NCBI RefSeq assembly: GCF_006345805.1
Contig: NC_043009.1
Span: 38,440,001 to 38,504,000 of the forward strand
Length of the DNA stretch: 64,000 nt
Source: Octopus sinensis
Lineage: Eukaryota
Reading direction: 5' to 3'
The notes below the pieces were generated by a model. That model did not search any database. It saw only the letters and a program-made list of their open reading frames with translations, and had not been told where the DNA came from. Positions 52,161-64,000 of this stretch are shown in pieces. Made by a program: the position numbers and the translations under genes. Position 1 is the first letter of the stretch, and each line of letters begins with the position of its first letter.

Positions 52161-54894
52161 ATTATTTCATCTTGTATTTTATTCTATAACTCATAAACAT
52201 TTGTTAAACCTTTTTTCACTTTTAATTTTATTTATATTTAATTTTGGTATACTTTTTGAAAAATTAGCATAGTTATAATGTTATAGCATTAACCTAAATT
52301 TAGAAATTAGATATATAGGTGACGAATAAATTATATTTTAAATTCTTAGAAGAAAGTGAAGAAAAAATTATTTTAAAAAATATATAAGTGTGTGTATTAG
52401 ATATAAAAATTTAGAATTTTGGTTCATAAGCTACTAAGGAATATAATGTATTTAAAATATAAGGATATAAAGATAAAATATACGATGTGGTATATAAAAT
52501 ATAAACTGTGTTCTTAATTATCCATGTAGGACGAATAAAGAGGGACAAAACAAAGACAGACAAGGGGTCGGAGACGAATGATGAAGCATGAAGATAAACA
52601 TAGTTAAGATCAATGATAAATGTATATGAAAATCGAATGGAGTGAGGGACGTGGCCGACCCCACAAACCGCATTCGGAAAACTGAATACCTAATAGTACC
52701 TTTATACTCTCGTCCAAGCAGGTTCATTCACTATCAATAAACTTGCTACAGTCTTCCATCTTTTTTCGAACACTCCGTGTGGCAGGCATCTCCTCTCCAG
52801 CCTTATTTTTCTTTTCAGGTGCAAAAGTAAAAAAGCTTAACCAACCCAAAGCTGGAAACGAAGATGCTCACAATGATCCCTTTCACTCGTGTCGTCCATA
52901 CAACCTCCTTCGCAGTAGCTACTACACAGAAGAAACAAGCCTGCTCTTCTCTATTCAGAGACGACGGCGGAACAATATCAATTATACACTAGGATGACAG
53001 TTGAGATTCTTTCTCCCTCTTCCTCTCTCACCTTCTCTCTGCATATGTATGTATATATACATATATATATATCCAAATAAGCAACAAGTATAACTTCGGT
53101 AATTTGGTACGATCGTTTCACACTACATCATTTTATTAAATCTTGTAAGTATTACAACAGTTTTGAAATGTTGAGCAATCATCAGCCATTAATAGAGGTT
53201 TTCCATTAATACATAATTTTCATATCAATTGATAACATTATAGAGAAGGTAGATATATAGACAAAGATGTCGATTTAAATTTTAAGAACATTAAGGTAGT
53301 AGAGTTTATGAACTGACTGTATATATATATATACATATATACACGTATATGTGTGCGTGCGTGCGTCTTTCTGTTTGCGTGCATGTCCCCACTGCTGGAC
53401 AGTCAGTGCTTGTTTGTTTATTACTGGGGTCGGTTTGTTCCATTAAAATCCTTTTATGATAATTGTGCCACGCATGGCCGCAGTTCAATGATAAGAGACA
53501 CCCGTATTTTCATTTAGGATTTTAAAAAAAACAGAAAGAAAACGCAACATTAATTGAATGCTAGGTGGTTGAATACTTAATCATACGAATGGTTTGTTTT
53601 TAGATTATGGACATTACTTTTAAGATGCTGTAGAATACACCTCCATTATATTTTTGCCTCAATTCCTATTACTGTTTCTCTCTAAGGAGACGATGATCAA
53701 ATCGTTAACAACATTAATATCAGAAAGTCATTTTACCACCAACTCGTGATTAACCAGGAAATCTCTCCTCAAATTTCCATTTGGAATGTATTTTCCATTT
53801 TATTTTACATAACAACATTATTTCCTCTGGAATGGGTCACTCTGAACGTAAAAGTACAAAACTGAACCAATTTGTACTCAATCCCAATTAGCTTAACGGG
53901 ATTAACATAAAAGCTTTCTATAATGGCTACATGAATGCAGTATTTCAATTAAATATAATTGCTCTAATTATAGCATGAAAGTAGCTGGCAGTATACGGCA
54001 ATTGGCAACCATGTCTGCGATCAGGTTTCAATTCTATTTGAAAAATGATTTTACTTTCCCAAGGAAAGACGCAAATATCACAATGTCATTCATACACGAG
54101 GTATAAAGTCTATATAGGAATTCATACACACGATAAAGAAAGGCGGGGTGATGGGGCAGAATCAACAGAGGACCAAGAAAATACTTTCCGAGTTTTTTAA
54201 TTATACCACTTTTTTATTTTCTGAGATCAAGTCTTGCGGGAAGAGACTTCGTTTTCTGTTCTACCAGGGACAAAATAAAATGGGGTTTCAATTAAAACAA
54301 CTACACAACTCCCATACATTGTGACTGTGTACATAAAGTAAAATGCTCCTTTTTTCGGTCATTTTATACTCTTTGTTCAAATCCTACCGGAATCAACCTT
54401 ATCTTTCGTCCTCCTGAAGTCCATATATAAACCACACCACCACCGCCACAATTTGTAGTACGTACTTGTGTAAAGAATTATCCAAAATAATTGGGGCATC
54501 GGTAAAAATGATCTGCTATGTTTCTTCCAGTTCTACGTTCTGAATTCGAAACTTGCCGCAGTCAAATTTGAACTCCATCTTTTCGGGATTGATGCACAAA
54601 AATGAACCAGTCAAGTACTGGAGTCGATTCTATGAAGTAAGCCACCCTCCAACAACTGCTGACCTCTTGTCAAAATTTGAAACCATTATAATAGAGCGGT
54701 GATGTAGCAGAAATGTTACCGCCTGAACAAAATGTTTACTGCATTTCTTCCGGTTGATTGCCTTCTCAGTTCAAATATTGCCAAGGTCAACTCTGTCTTT
54801 CATCCTTTCGAGGGTCAATAAAATAAAGTACCAGTGAAATACTGGAATTTACAAACTCCATTCCCACTAACATTGCTGGCCTTCTTATTTATTT

Positions 54895-55302
54895 ATTGCC
54901 CACAAGGGGCTAAACATAGAGGGAAAAAACAAGGACGGACAAACGGATTAAGTCGATTATATCGACCCCAGTGCGTAACTGGTACTTATTTAATCGACCC
55001 CGAAAGGATGAAAGGCAAAGTGGACCTCGCCGGAATTTGAACTCAGAACGTAACGGCAGACGAAATACCTATTTCTTTACTACCCACAAGGGGCTAAACA
55101 CAGAGAGGACAAACAAGGACAGACAAACGGATTAAGTCGATTATATCGACCCCAGTGCGTAGCTGGTACTTAATTTATCGACATCGAAAGGATGAAAGGC
55201 AAAGTCGACCTCGGCGGAATTTAAACTCAGAACGCGTAACGGCAGACGAAATACCACTAAGCATTTCGCCCAGCGTTCTAAAGATTCTGCCAGCTCGCCG
55301 CT
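54895..55302 (-). mobile_element. Multimeric young SINE C (an older + strand copy lies at ~54700-54885)
   Basis: Repeated ~185 bp body units ending in head ...cagctcgccgc. Confidence 0.88.
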
Positions 55303-55424
55303 TTCTGCCAGATGACAACACTGCAAGAAATGCTTTTTACAGCCTTTTGATATGTTCCTTCTCCATTGCAAAATCCAACTTAGTTCAAGGACGACTCTGC
55401 TTCTAGTTTCTTTGTGGTTAGTAC

Positions 55425-55742
55425 TAACACTCAGTCGTTTACGACGACAAAAGTTCCAGTTGATCCAATCAACGGAACAACTTGTTCGTGAAATTAACGT
55501 ACAAGTAGTTGAACTCTCCACAGGCTCGCATATCTTTAACGTAGTACTGTGAGACATTCGGCATGACGCAGAAAGTGACAAGGCTGGTCCCTTTTGAATT
55601 ACAGGTACTACTCATTTTTGTCAGCTGAGTGGACTGGAGTAACGAGAAATAAAGTGTCTTGCGCAATGCGCTGCCGAGAATCGAATTCACGACCTTCCGA
55701 TCGTAAGCCGAATATCCTGACCACTAAGCCAGGCGCCTTCAC
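55425..55742 (-). mobile_element. Hybrid SINE: family B-like head and core with family A-like 3' half
   Basis: Minus strand gtgaaggcgcctggcttagtgg...caagacactttatttc...ccagtccactcagctg, then gtacctgtaattcaaaaggg...ccttgtcact...gttccgttgattggatcaactggaac. Confidence 0.75.
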
Positions 55743-56023
55743 TTGCTTGTGCTTAGTAAAAAGCAACCGAAACTATTTCACCGAAATCAATCGATTATAA
55801 ATATTTCCTTAACAGAATGAGCATTATAGAAACACGCAACAAGAATTATTAAGATGAAAACGCTTATTGCGTTTTTAGTACTTTGGAATAAACAATCTGT
55901 AGGTAGTTGTTTTACATTAAACCTTCAAGTCTAACAGTTTGATTTTCAGAATTGTGTTGTTACTGATTTAAAAAGTTAAATACTTGAAGAAAAAATTGAA
56001 GCTAATCTGTTCAGCTCAACATA

Positions 56024-56241
56024 CGAGCGGGTTCTGAAAAGTACCTGGCTTTGGGTAAAAGAAAATATAGGAGGATAAGTTAATAATGATTTTATGCAAC
56101 ATATTACCCTCGCAGATTCCCACGCTTAGTGCGGCGGTTCTTCAGTTTTTTCTGAGCCCTGTAATAGAACTCGGGGGGTTGGGTTTCCAGTCAGGCCTTT
56201 CGCGATACCCTTGAAGCCAGGAACTTTTTAGAACTCCCTCG
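56024..56241. mobile_element. Mariner-type MITE (218 bp), TA TSD
   Basis: TA|cgagcgggttctgaaaagtacctggcttt ... aagccaggaactttttagaactccctcg|TA. Confidence 0.85.
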
Positions 56242-56372
56242 TATTGTGTACAGAGCTCAGAAACAGCAGAGATTGGTCGAAAACGTGTGCTGTTTTATTT
56301 TATATATCAACTTGAAATACACCCTCTGAGTCGCACATTGTTTGCTAACTAGTGTTTTGATACAATCCAAAG

Positions 56373-56955
56373 TGGCAGAAACGTTAGCACGCCGGGCGAA
56401 ATGCGTAGCCGTATTTCGTCTGCCGTTACGTTCTGAGTTCAAATTCCGCCGAGGTCGACTTTGCCTTTCATCCTTTCGTGGTCGATAAATTAAGTACCAG
56501 TTACGCACTGGGGTCGATTTAATCGACTTAATCCCTTTTTATGTCCTTGTTTGTTCTCTCTGTGTTTAGTCTCTTGTGGGTAATAAAGAAACAGGTATTT
56601 CGTTTGCCGTTACCTTCTAATTCCGCCGAGGTCAACTTTACCTTTCATCCTTTCGGGGGTCGATTAAATAAGTACCAGTTACGCACTGGGGTCGATGTAA
56701 TCGACTCAATCTGTTTGTCTGTCCTTGTTTGTCCCCTCTGTGTGTAGCCCCTTGTGGGCAGTAAAGAAATTAGAAATGTTAGCACGCCGGGCGAAATGCT
56801 TACGGTATTTCGCCTGCCGTTACGTTCTAATTCCGCCGAGGTCGACTTTAACTTTCATACTTTCGGGGTCATGCACTGGGGTCGATGTAATCGACTTAAT
56901 CCCTTTTTCTGTCATTGGTTGTCCCCTCTATGTTTAGCCCCTGTGGGCAATAAAA
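56373..56955 (+). mobile_element. Tandem SINE C units (two heads, three bodies)
   Basis: Heads at ~56373 and ~56775; repeated ttccgccgaggtcgacttt units. Confidence 0.88.
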
Positions 56956-57389
56956 CAATTAACAAATTACACCAGCACAGCATACTTCTATCACTTCTCT
57001 TCGTCATTCTCTTCGTCATAAAGTCATTCAAAATAAAAGAAAGTTCCAATATACTCACCTGCTTGGTTGCTTCCGAGATCAGTTCCATGTTTGGCTTTAG
57101 CCAGTTCCTGGGAGCGCCCCCCCCCCCAACACATATTTTCTAATCGAAAGAGACATTGAACTCGTCGTGGTCTATGTTTATACTTACTTTCTTTCATTTG
57201 TTTACTCATGCATACACACACACGCGCGCAAACACACGCACACAGACACTCACACACTCATATACACGCACGTACGCATGCACGCACACCACCCCACACA
57301 CATATTTCATAAGCAAAGGACTCATTGAACTTGTCGAGGACTCTGTTGAATCTTTCTTTCGTTTGTTCAATTATGCATACACAAGAACA

Positions 57390-57448
<59 letters not shown>

Positions 57449-57724
57449 TCTCTCTCTGTCTCAAATACATGGTACCCAAAAAGAATTTTATGAACAAGGA
57501 GAAAGAAGAGTGCTCAATAAGTATTGCAGAGTTTTGTCATATTCAAAATACAAGACTATGATGTTAACACGCCCTGCATCCATTATATTCGAACAATGCA
57601 TATTATTCCCACAAAATTTCGTATGAAAAAAAAAACATGCAAGAACATGGAAGTGCCGCGTCTCCGTGTCCAATCGAGATCAAGCAATATATTGAAGCGA
57701 TTCCAGGTTCGTTTTATATAGGAA

Positions 57725-58024
57725 CTAGCAGTATCGCCCGGCGTTGCTCGGGTTTGTAAGGAAAATAACTATATAAGCATTTTTAGAGAGTTACTTCCTT
57801 TATATAATAGCAAAAAAAATGCATTGAAAATGGGAAAAGATGATGGTATATTTCTTTTTAAATCGTAGACTCATCATAGACGCGCGCTAATACCCAGAAG
57901 GGCTCGATATGAATCACGACTATAAGATACCCGCTTTTGGTTAAACTGCACCGCAAAATGTGGGAGTAGTTAGGAATCTAAATCGTAGGAGACAGACACA
58001 CAACCTTACTTTTATATATAAAGA
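57725..58024 (-). mobile_element. Non-autonomous Helitron (body type 3, 300 bp)
   Basis: Minus strand A|TCTTTATATATAAAAG...cccgagcaacgccgggcgatactgCTAG|T. Confidence 0.88.
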
Positions 58025-58273
58025 TATGTATGATACATGCACACACGCACGCACGCGCGCACACACACATACACACACAGATGTAAATAATGCCCTTATA
58101 TTTGCTTTGTTCCTTTATTCCAGCATTCGCAATCGTCTGAAGATCGGTAATGTAAAATAAGCAACGGTAGTAAAATCTTCAGTTTGGTATCGATCTATGT
58201 ATCTATGTATCTATAATTATGTATTTTTGTCTATCTGTTAGTCTGTCTGTTTGTCAGTCTGTCTGTCTGTCTA

Positions 58274-58307
<34 letters not shown>

Positions 58308-58679
58308 CCCATCGTTTCATCTATTATTGTCTATATGAGCATCACATACCTCTGTTGTGATCTAGGTATTGCCTTATGTATGTTTTTGTTATCAAAGATG
58401 GCCTACAGAACTCTTAATTACAGCAGACGACAAAGAAACGCCCAGTGGAACTAAATATAAAAAGGTAAAGCAAAAAAAGAAAAAAAGAAAAACCATAGTA
58501 ACCTGTCAGAAACAACAATCACCAGAAATAACCGATACTAAAAATAATACACCATAATATACCCGAGATATACGCAATTAAAACACAAAATTGGCGAATG
58601 AGAAATCACAAGAAGTACTGGAATAGCTAGAATGTAATTTGAAGAAAAATAATATCAAAGATACTAACATTAAAAAGCA

Positions 58680-59068
58680 TTAAAATCGGAAAAAATAGAA
58701 AAAAAAAAGAATTATTTAAGGATTATGTATGGTCCACTCTTTTATATGGAGTTGAAATATGGATATTAACGAAGGTATTATGAAATAAATGACAAGCCTT
58801 TGAGATGTGGGCGAAGAGAAAAACTTTCGAGAATATCATAGGCAGAACACGAAACCAATAATGAGGTACTAAAAATGGCAAAAGCTAAAAAGAAAAATCT
58901 TATTAGACGACGCCATTCAAAGAGAGAGAAGTAAAATATTTTGGACACTTAATTAGAAAAAAAAAATCGTTTACAGCGACTGTTTGTTAATAGAAGGTAA
59001 AAATGAATGGAAAGAAATGAAAAAGCAGGAATTATGTGGATGAATAATGTAAAGAATTGGACAGACTT
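58680..59068 (+). mobile_element. RTE LINE C-terminal remnant
   Basis: YVWSTLLYGVEIW...AFEMW...NNEVLKMAK...KYFGHLIR. Confidence 0.8.
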
Positions 59069-59340
59069 AAAATACAGAGAAGGTAATAAGGACAGTAAAA
59101 GAAAGACAGAAGAACGGTGAGAATGGTGAACAGTGGTGTTCAGCTTGTTGAGTGCTTACTTGATGACCAGGATTACATACATGTGTGTGGGTGTACATAC
59201 ATACTTTCACACACACACACACACTCATACATACATACATACATTCACACATACATACATACATACATACATACATACATACATTCACACATACATACAT
59301 AAAAACATACATACATACATACAAGCACACACATATATAC

Positions 59341-59690
59341 TCTCTCTTTTACTTGTTTCAGTCATTTGACTGCGGCCATGCTGGAGCACTGCCAGTACTT
59401 ATTCTATCGGTCTCTTTTGCCGAACCGCTAAGTGACGGGGACGTAAACACACCAGCATCGGTTGTCAAGCAATGCTAGGGGGACAAACACAGACACAAAC
59501 ACATACACACACATATATATATATACATATATACGACGGGCTTCTTTCAGTTTCCGTCTACCAAATCCACTCACAAGGCATTGGTCGGCCCGAGGCTATA
59601 GCAGAAGACACTTGCCCAAGATGCCACGCAGTGGGACTGAACCCGGAACCATGTTGTTGAATAGCAAGCTACTTACCACACAGCCACTCC
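59341..59690 (-). mobile_element. SINE family D, near full length, young
   Basis: Colinear with 23295-23780. Confidence 0.9.
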
Positions 59691-60658
59691 ACACATACAT
59701 GCACAAAAACATACACACACATGCATATATACAGACAAACACATGTAAATACATTTACATATATAGATATATATACACATACATACAGATATACATACTT
59801 ACATACACGCACATAGATTTATTGATACATGCACACTTACATAATAATATATCAAGGAAATGGATCTCCGACAGTCTCGGCGATGACTATTCAGGTATCC
59901 AATCAAATGAATTACCTGCTCACTGAATTCGCGGTGTGTTAGTTGGCTGAGTATTCTACAGAAATGTATTCACTTAACACAATCTTCAGCTAGACTCGGC
60001 GCAAACAATCTATGTGATAAAGGGTAGTTTCCATCTATCCAGTGTCACTCACCAGCTCAGGGTCAAACTGAACGCTAAGGTAAAATCCCTTCAGACCTTA
60101 ATAAAAGAAGTACTGGCATTAATACGTTCAACTAAAAATTCTTCAAGGCGGTGCCACAGCATGGTCGTAATCTAATGAGTGAAGCAAATAAAAGATAAAA
60201 AAAGGGGGTTACTGAATGTGGGAGACTGTTTGTATCGACATGTGCGTAAGATAACATACTATTACAGACACACACATGCACACACACGCACACACACACA
60301 CACACACTCACACACACACACACACATACACACACACACACACATCACTTTGGTACATATTTAAATTGCAGCGGTCCCCAGGTAAATATCATGACTAATC
60401 TGAAACCGTCCTCAAATCGTTTTTAATGATATGTCAACATAGTTAAAACAATGCGCCATATCAAAAAGAATGTTGACCTACAAGTTGAAATAAAATATTT
60501 ATAATATTACCCAGTGACTGGACGTAGGGTGACGTGTTTCTGCCAATCAGGCCACACCAACATGTGTACTGGTCCGAAAGTTTCGTCAGAGGCATAGAAT
60601 GTACGTAAGATGTCTTGAGATTGCTCAGATATGGGAATTGATTCACCTACAATATATA

Positions 60659-61895
60659 CAGGATAGTCCGAAAGTCTTGTCACCCACTATCGAAAATTAA
60701 CAAGAACGATAGAGGAACAATATAATAATACCAAACACATGTACTGGTTTTAGTATATTGATTGATATGGACACTGTCACACATCGAGAAGGTCTGTATG
60801 AATACCATCATTTTCGTGGCACAAAGTGATGCGGTGCCATATCCTGTGTGATAGTTTACGAAGCTGTGCTCTGGTGATTCTTGCAGAGGCTGCTGTACTA
60901 TTATGAAGAATTGGAGCACAACCCTCAGCATGTGATGATTTGGGCCGCAGTATCGAGTATATTGAGGACCCTCTTTTCCCGAGAGCTCTGCCATGTTATC
61001 CTGTGTTATATTTTACGAAGCTGTGCTTTGGTGATTGTTGCAAAGGTTGCAGCAAAATTATGAAGTACTGGAACACAACCCACCGCATGTGATGATTTGT
61101 GCCACTATATCGACTAAGCACTTGATAGGACACTATTTCTGCGAGGGCTCTGCTAACCAGCACTCTTACCATGCCATGTTATCCTGTGTGATATTTTACA
61201 AGCTGTGCTTTGGTGATTGTTGCAAAGGTTGCAGCAAAATTATGAAGCACTGGAACAAAACCCACCGCATGTTATGATTTGGGCCACTATATCGACTAAG
61301 CGCTTGATAGGACCCTATTACTGCGGGGGCTCTGCTAATCAACACTTTTACCATGCCATGTTAAGTGGTTTGTTCCACAGCTCCAGGGGTTGAATGTAGA
61401 TTTGAATGAAGGCGGGGTTTCAACAAGATGTTGCCCCACCCCTCTATGCCATCAATGAAGTTTTTCGGGATAGATGTATGAGGCGAGGATCACAACAACT
61501 TCCAGAACCTTTCGATTGCCCCCAACCACCACCACCAAAGGTCCAGACCTCAAGATCTGCGACAACGCTCTGTGTGTGTGTGGAGGGGTATTTTCAAGGA
61601 GAGAGTTTCACAAATGCAATATCAGAATACCCAACAGTTGATGCTGTTTCGGCAGCCTTTGCAACAATCACCAGAGAACAGCTTCGTAAAATATCACACA
61701 GGCCATGGCGCCGCATCATTTTGTTCCACGAAAATGATGGTATTCACACAGATCTTCTCGATGTGTGACAGTGTCAGTGTCAATGAAAGTGAATGTACTA
61801 AAACCAGTACATGTATTTGGTATTATTATATTGTTCCTCTGTTGTCCTTATTACTTTTCGGTAAGGGGTGACAAGACTTTCGAACTACTTCCCTA
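60659..61895 (+). mobile_element. Rearranged DD41D(rosa)-like Tc1/mariner derivative with two right ends and internal triplication
   Basis: Ends TA|caggatagtccgaaagtcttgtcaccc / ggggtgacaagactttcgaactacttcccta. Coding relics HNPPHVMIWAT, FQQDVAPP and PDLKICDNALW. ~250 bp inverted ends include the C-terminal codons. Confidence 0.85.
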
Positions 61896-61951
61896 TATAT
61901 GTATATACACATATATACAAATTTATACACACACACACACAAACACAGACA

Positions 61952-61990
<39 letters not shown>

Positions 61991-62021
61991 CACACACACA
62001 CACACACCATTCGCGTGTGCA

Positions 62022-62385
62022 TCTCTCTCTATATAAACGGCAGTTTGTCTGTGCTTGTTTCTGTGGGTCGACCACGGCTTTCAACCGATTCTGATGAAAC
62101 TTGACACACACATAGCCCAATGTCATAATTCAAAACTAACGCAGCGAAAATTTTGAAAAGTTCCCCCAGTTCTGAAAAAACTCGATAAATTCGACATGGG
62201 GTCGAGAATCAGAAACACAAACCACAGACTGTCTAGGGGACGCAACTCGACCTTTTTTAACTCTCAAACAAAAATTTACCATAATTTTTTTTCCATTTTT
62301 TTGCTATTTTTTGGCTATAACTCTCTAAAAATGCTTTATAGTTATTTCCCTTACAAACCTGAGCAACGCCGGGCGATACTGCTAG
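62022..62385 (+). mobile_element. Non-autonomous Helitron (body type 1)
   Basis: A|TCTCTCTCTATATAAACGG...gagcaacgccgggcgatactgCTAG|T; near-identical to 33708-34091. Confidence 0.92.
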
Positions 62386-64000
62386 TGTATATATAAAATA
62401 CAAATTCACAGGTTTAATGTTCGTGGAATTAGTTTCTGTCACGAAAGCGAACGATGATTTGATTATCTCCTCCTGATCTCCTAGGGCTGTAAGAATGCAG
62501 GCGTACAATTTTTATTAGGTTTCTTCCCTTTCGCATGCTTATAAATATAGGGCAGACGATTGGCAGAATAGCTCAATCACCATACATATGCATGTTACTA
62601 TGTGTCTCGAGTTGTTTCTTTCATAGTTCAAATCTCGCCCAGGTGAACTTTGCATTTTCTTCTATCGATAAATTAGTGTAACTGTCACAAAATCGATAAA
62701 TTAGTGTAACTGTCACAAGTTGGCTACAAAAAAAAAAAATTAATAAAAGAAAGCGGGTGGATGCAAAATAATCTATAATTGTGTTACTCTCTTCTGTTTA
62801 CTCTTCTTTCATACGGGTGGAACTAAGTTTTCTATAGTTTTTTCTATTGTGTTTGCTTCTTCTATTGTCATTTTCCCTTCTTTATTTCAATGCGGTTATT
62901 CATTGTATTAACCTAGAAAAATAATGCACAGATAAATCGTGACACCGATAAGTCAGTTCCTGTCTCCTTTTGTCCATTTTCCTTTGAATCGGCTGTAGCA
63001 CTCAGTATTAAGGACTTAGGACTCTCTCAGAGTATCGCTTTCCCCCAAGACAACAACGTTTATTCTGGCGCGGTTATAGAATATGGCTGGCAAGATTGTG
63101 ACAGAAAATGGTACATAATAATGATATTAGTGAATCCCAGTACGCATATGAGTCATTTTGTAATTGAACTTCAATTTCTAAAGAGTGTGTAATTGTTTTG
63201 TATTAAACCATGTCATAAATTAAATAAGCATAAGACAAAAACTTAATTTTTAGCTCAGAACTCTTCCACTCCTCTCAACTTGGCAGATAATTAAATATAT
63301 GGTTGGCTTCGTATCTTATAACTGTTGGTTAATTTTCTCTATTTAGCTTCCCTTTACAATGTTTGGAGAAGCAGAAATACGGAATTATTTTTTTAATCTT
63401 TTATTTTTGTTTTGTCTGTAAAATAAACAAATCTACACGTAGTAAATAATTAGATAAATATATCACCTCCCGTGTTCGTTTAGTTTCGGTTTGTATGGTG
63501 AGATAATGTCTTTACCAGCTGCAATTTAATTTGTGTATAACAAAATACGTACTGCTTGTTCAAAGGAAACCATTTTGGACCATTTCTTCGAAGCCTTGTA
63601 CATTACAAGCCTATAAATGAAACACATTAATTCAGTGACCTTTATATTCACAGAAAAATATTTTTATTTATTAGGGATAATAATTAATGTTAGAATTAGA
63701 ATATGTGAGAATAATCATCCAATTAGTAAATAGTAACAGTTTATCTGTTTTTACATAGAGCAATGGTTAGAAAAATATCACACGTTATCTTCATTTTTTT
63801 CCCCACCCTATTTTGCTAAGTTCCGATTTCCTTCGGGTAAAGATCACTTTCATTAAACGATCGTTTGGCGATTTCTTTCCACCTTTGATCTTTATTTTGA
63901 CTTTTGTAAATTTGGATGATTTTCAACAGCACTAAGCTTTCGTTAATATGATAATTGAGCTGTGCCACAAACACCTTTCGTACCAGCGTAGAGAAAGAAA

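Noticed and set aside
60837-61360. Regularly spaced repeats suggesting a CRISPR-like array
   Set aside because: The units are ~180 bp duplicated transposase pieces with no unique spacers, in a eukaryotic context.

Overview
AT-rich, microsatellite-dense eukaryotic non-coding DNA. The repeat families look like those of octopus/coleoid cephalopod genomes (recognised from memory, not from a database search). I found no credible host exon; almost all listed ORFs are microsatellite artefacts. Supported content: a Tc1 (DD34E, IR/DR) element with a Helitron in its left TIR; two mariner elements and a mariner-type MITE pair; a rearranged DD41D-like element; four non-autonomous Helitrons (TC...CTAG, A|T target) with three different bodies; decayed LINE pieces (R4/Dong-like, RTE, L1/Tx1); and four tRNA-derived SINE families, several with 11-12 bp TSDs. 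The most interesting signal is a set of type I hammerhead-ribozyme-like motifs in Penelope-like termini, often in partial-tandem or foldback arrangements (7.0, 26.9-27.0, 38.1, 43.1 and 48.7 kb). A non-coding ~550 bp element found twice inside (TAA)n arrays is also notable. SINE labels A-D are my working names.
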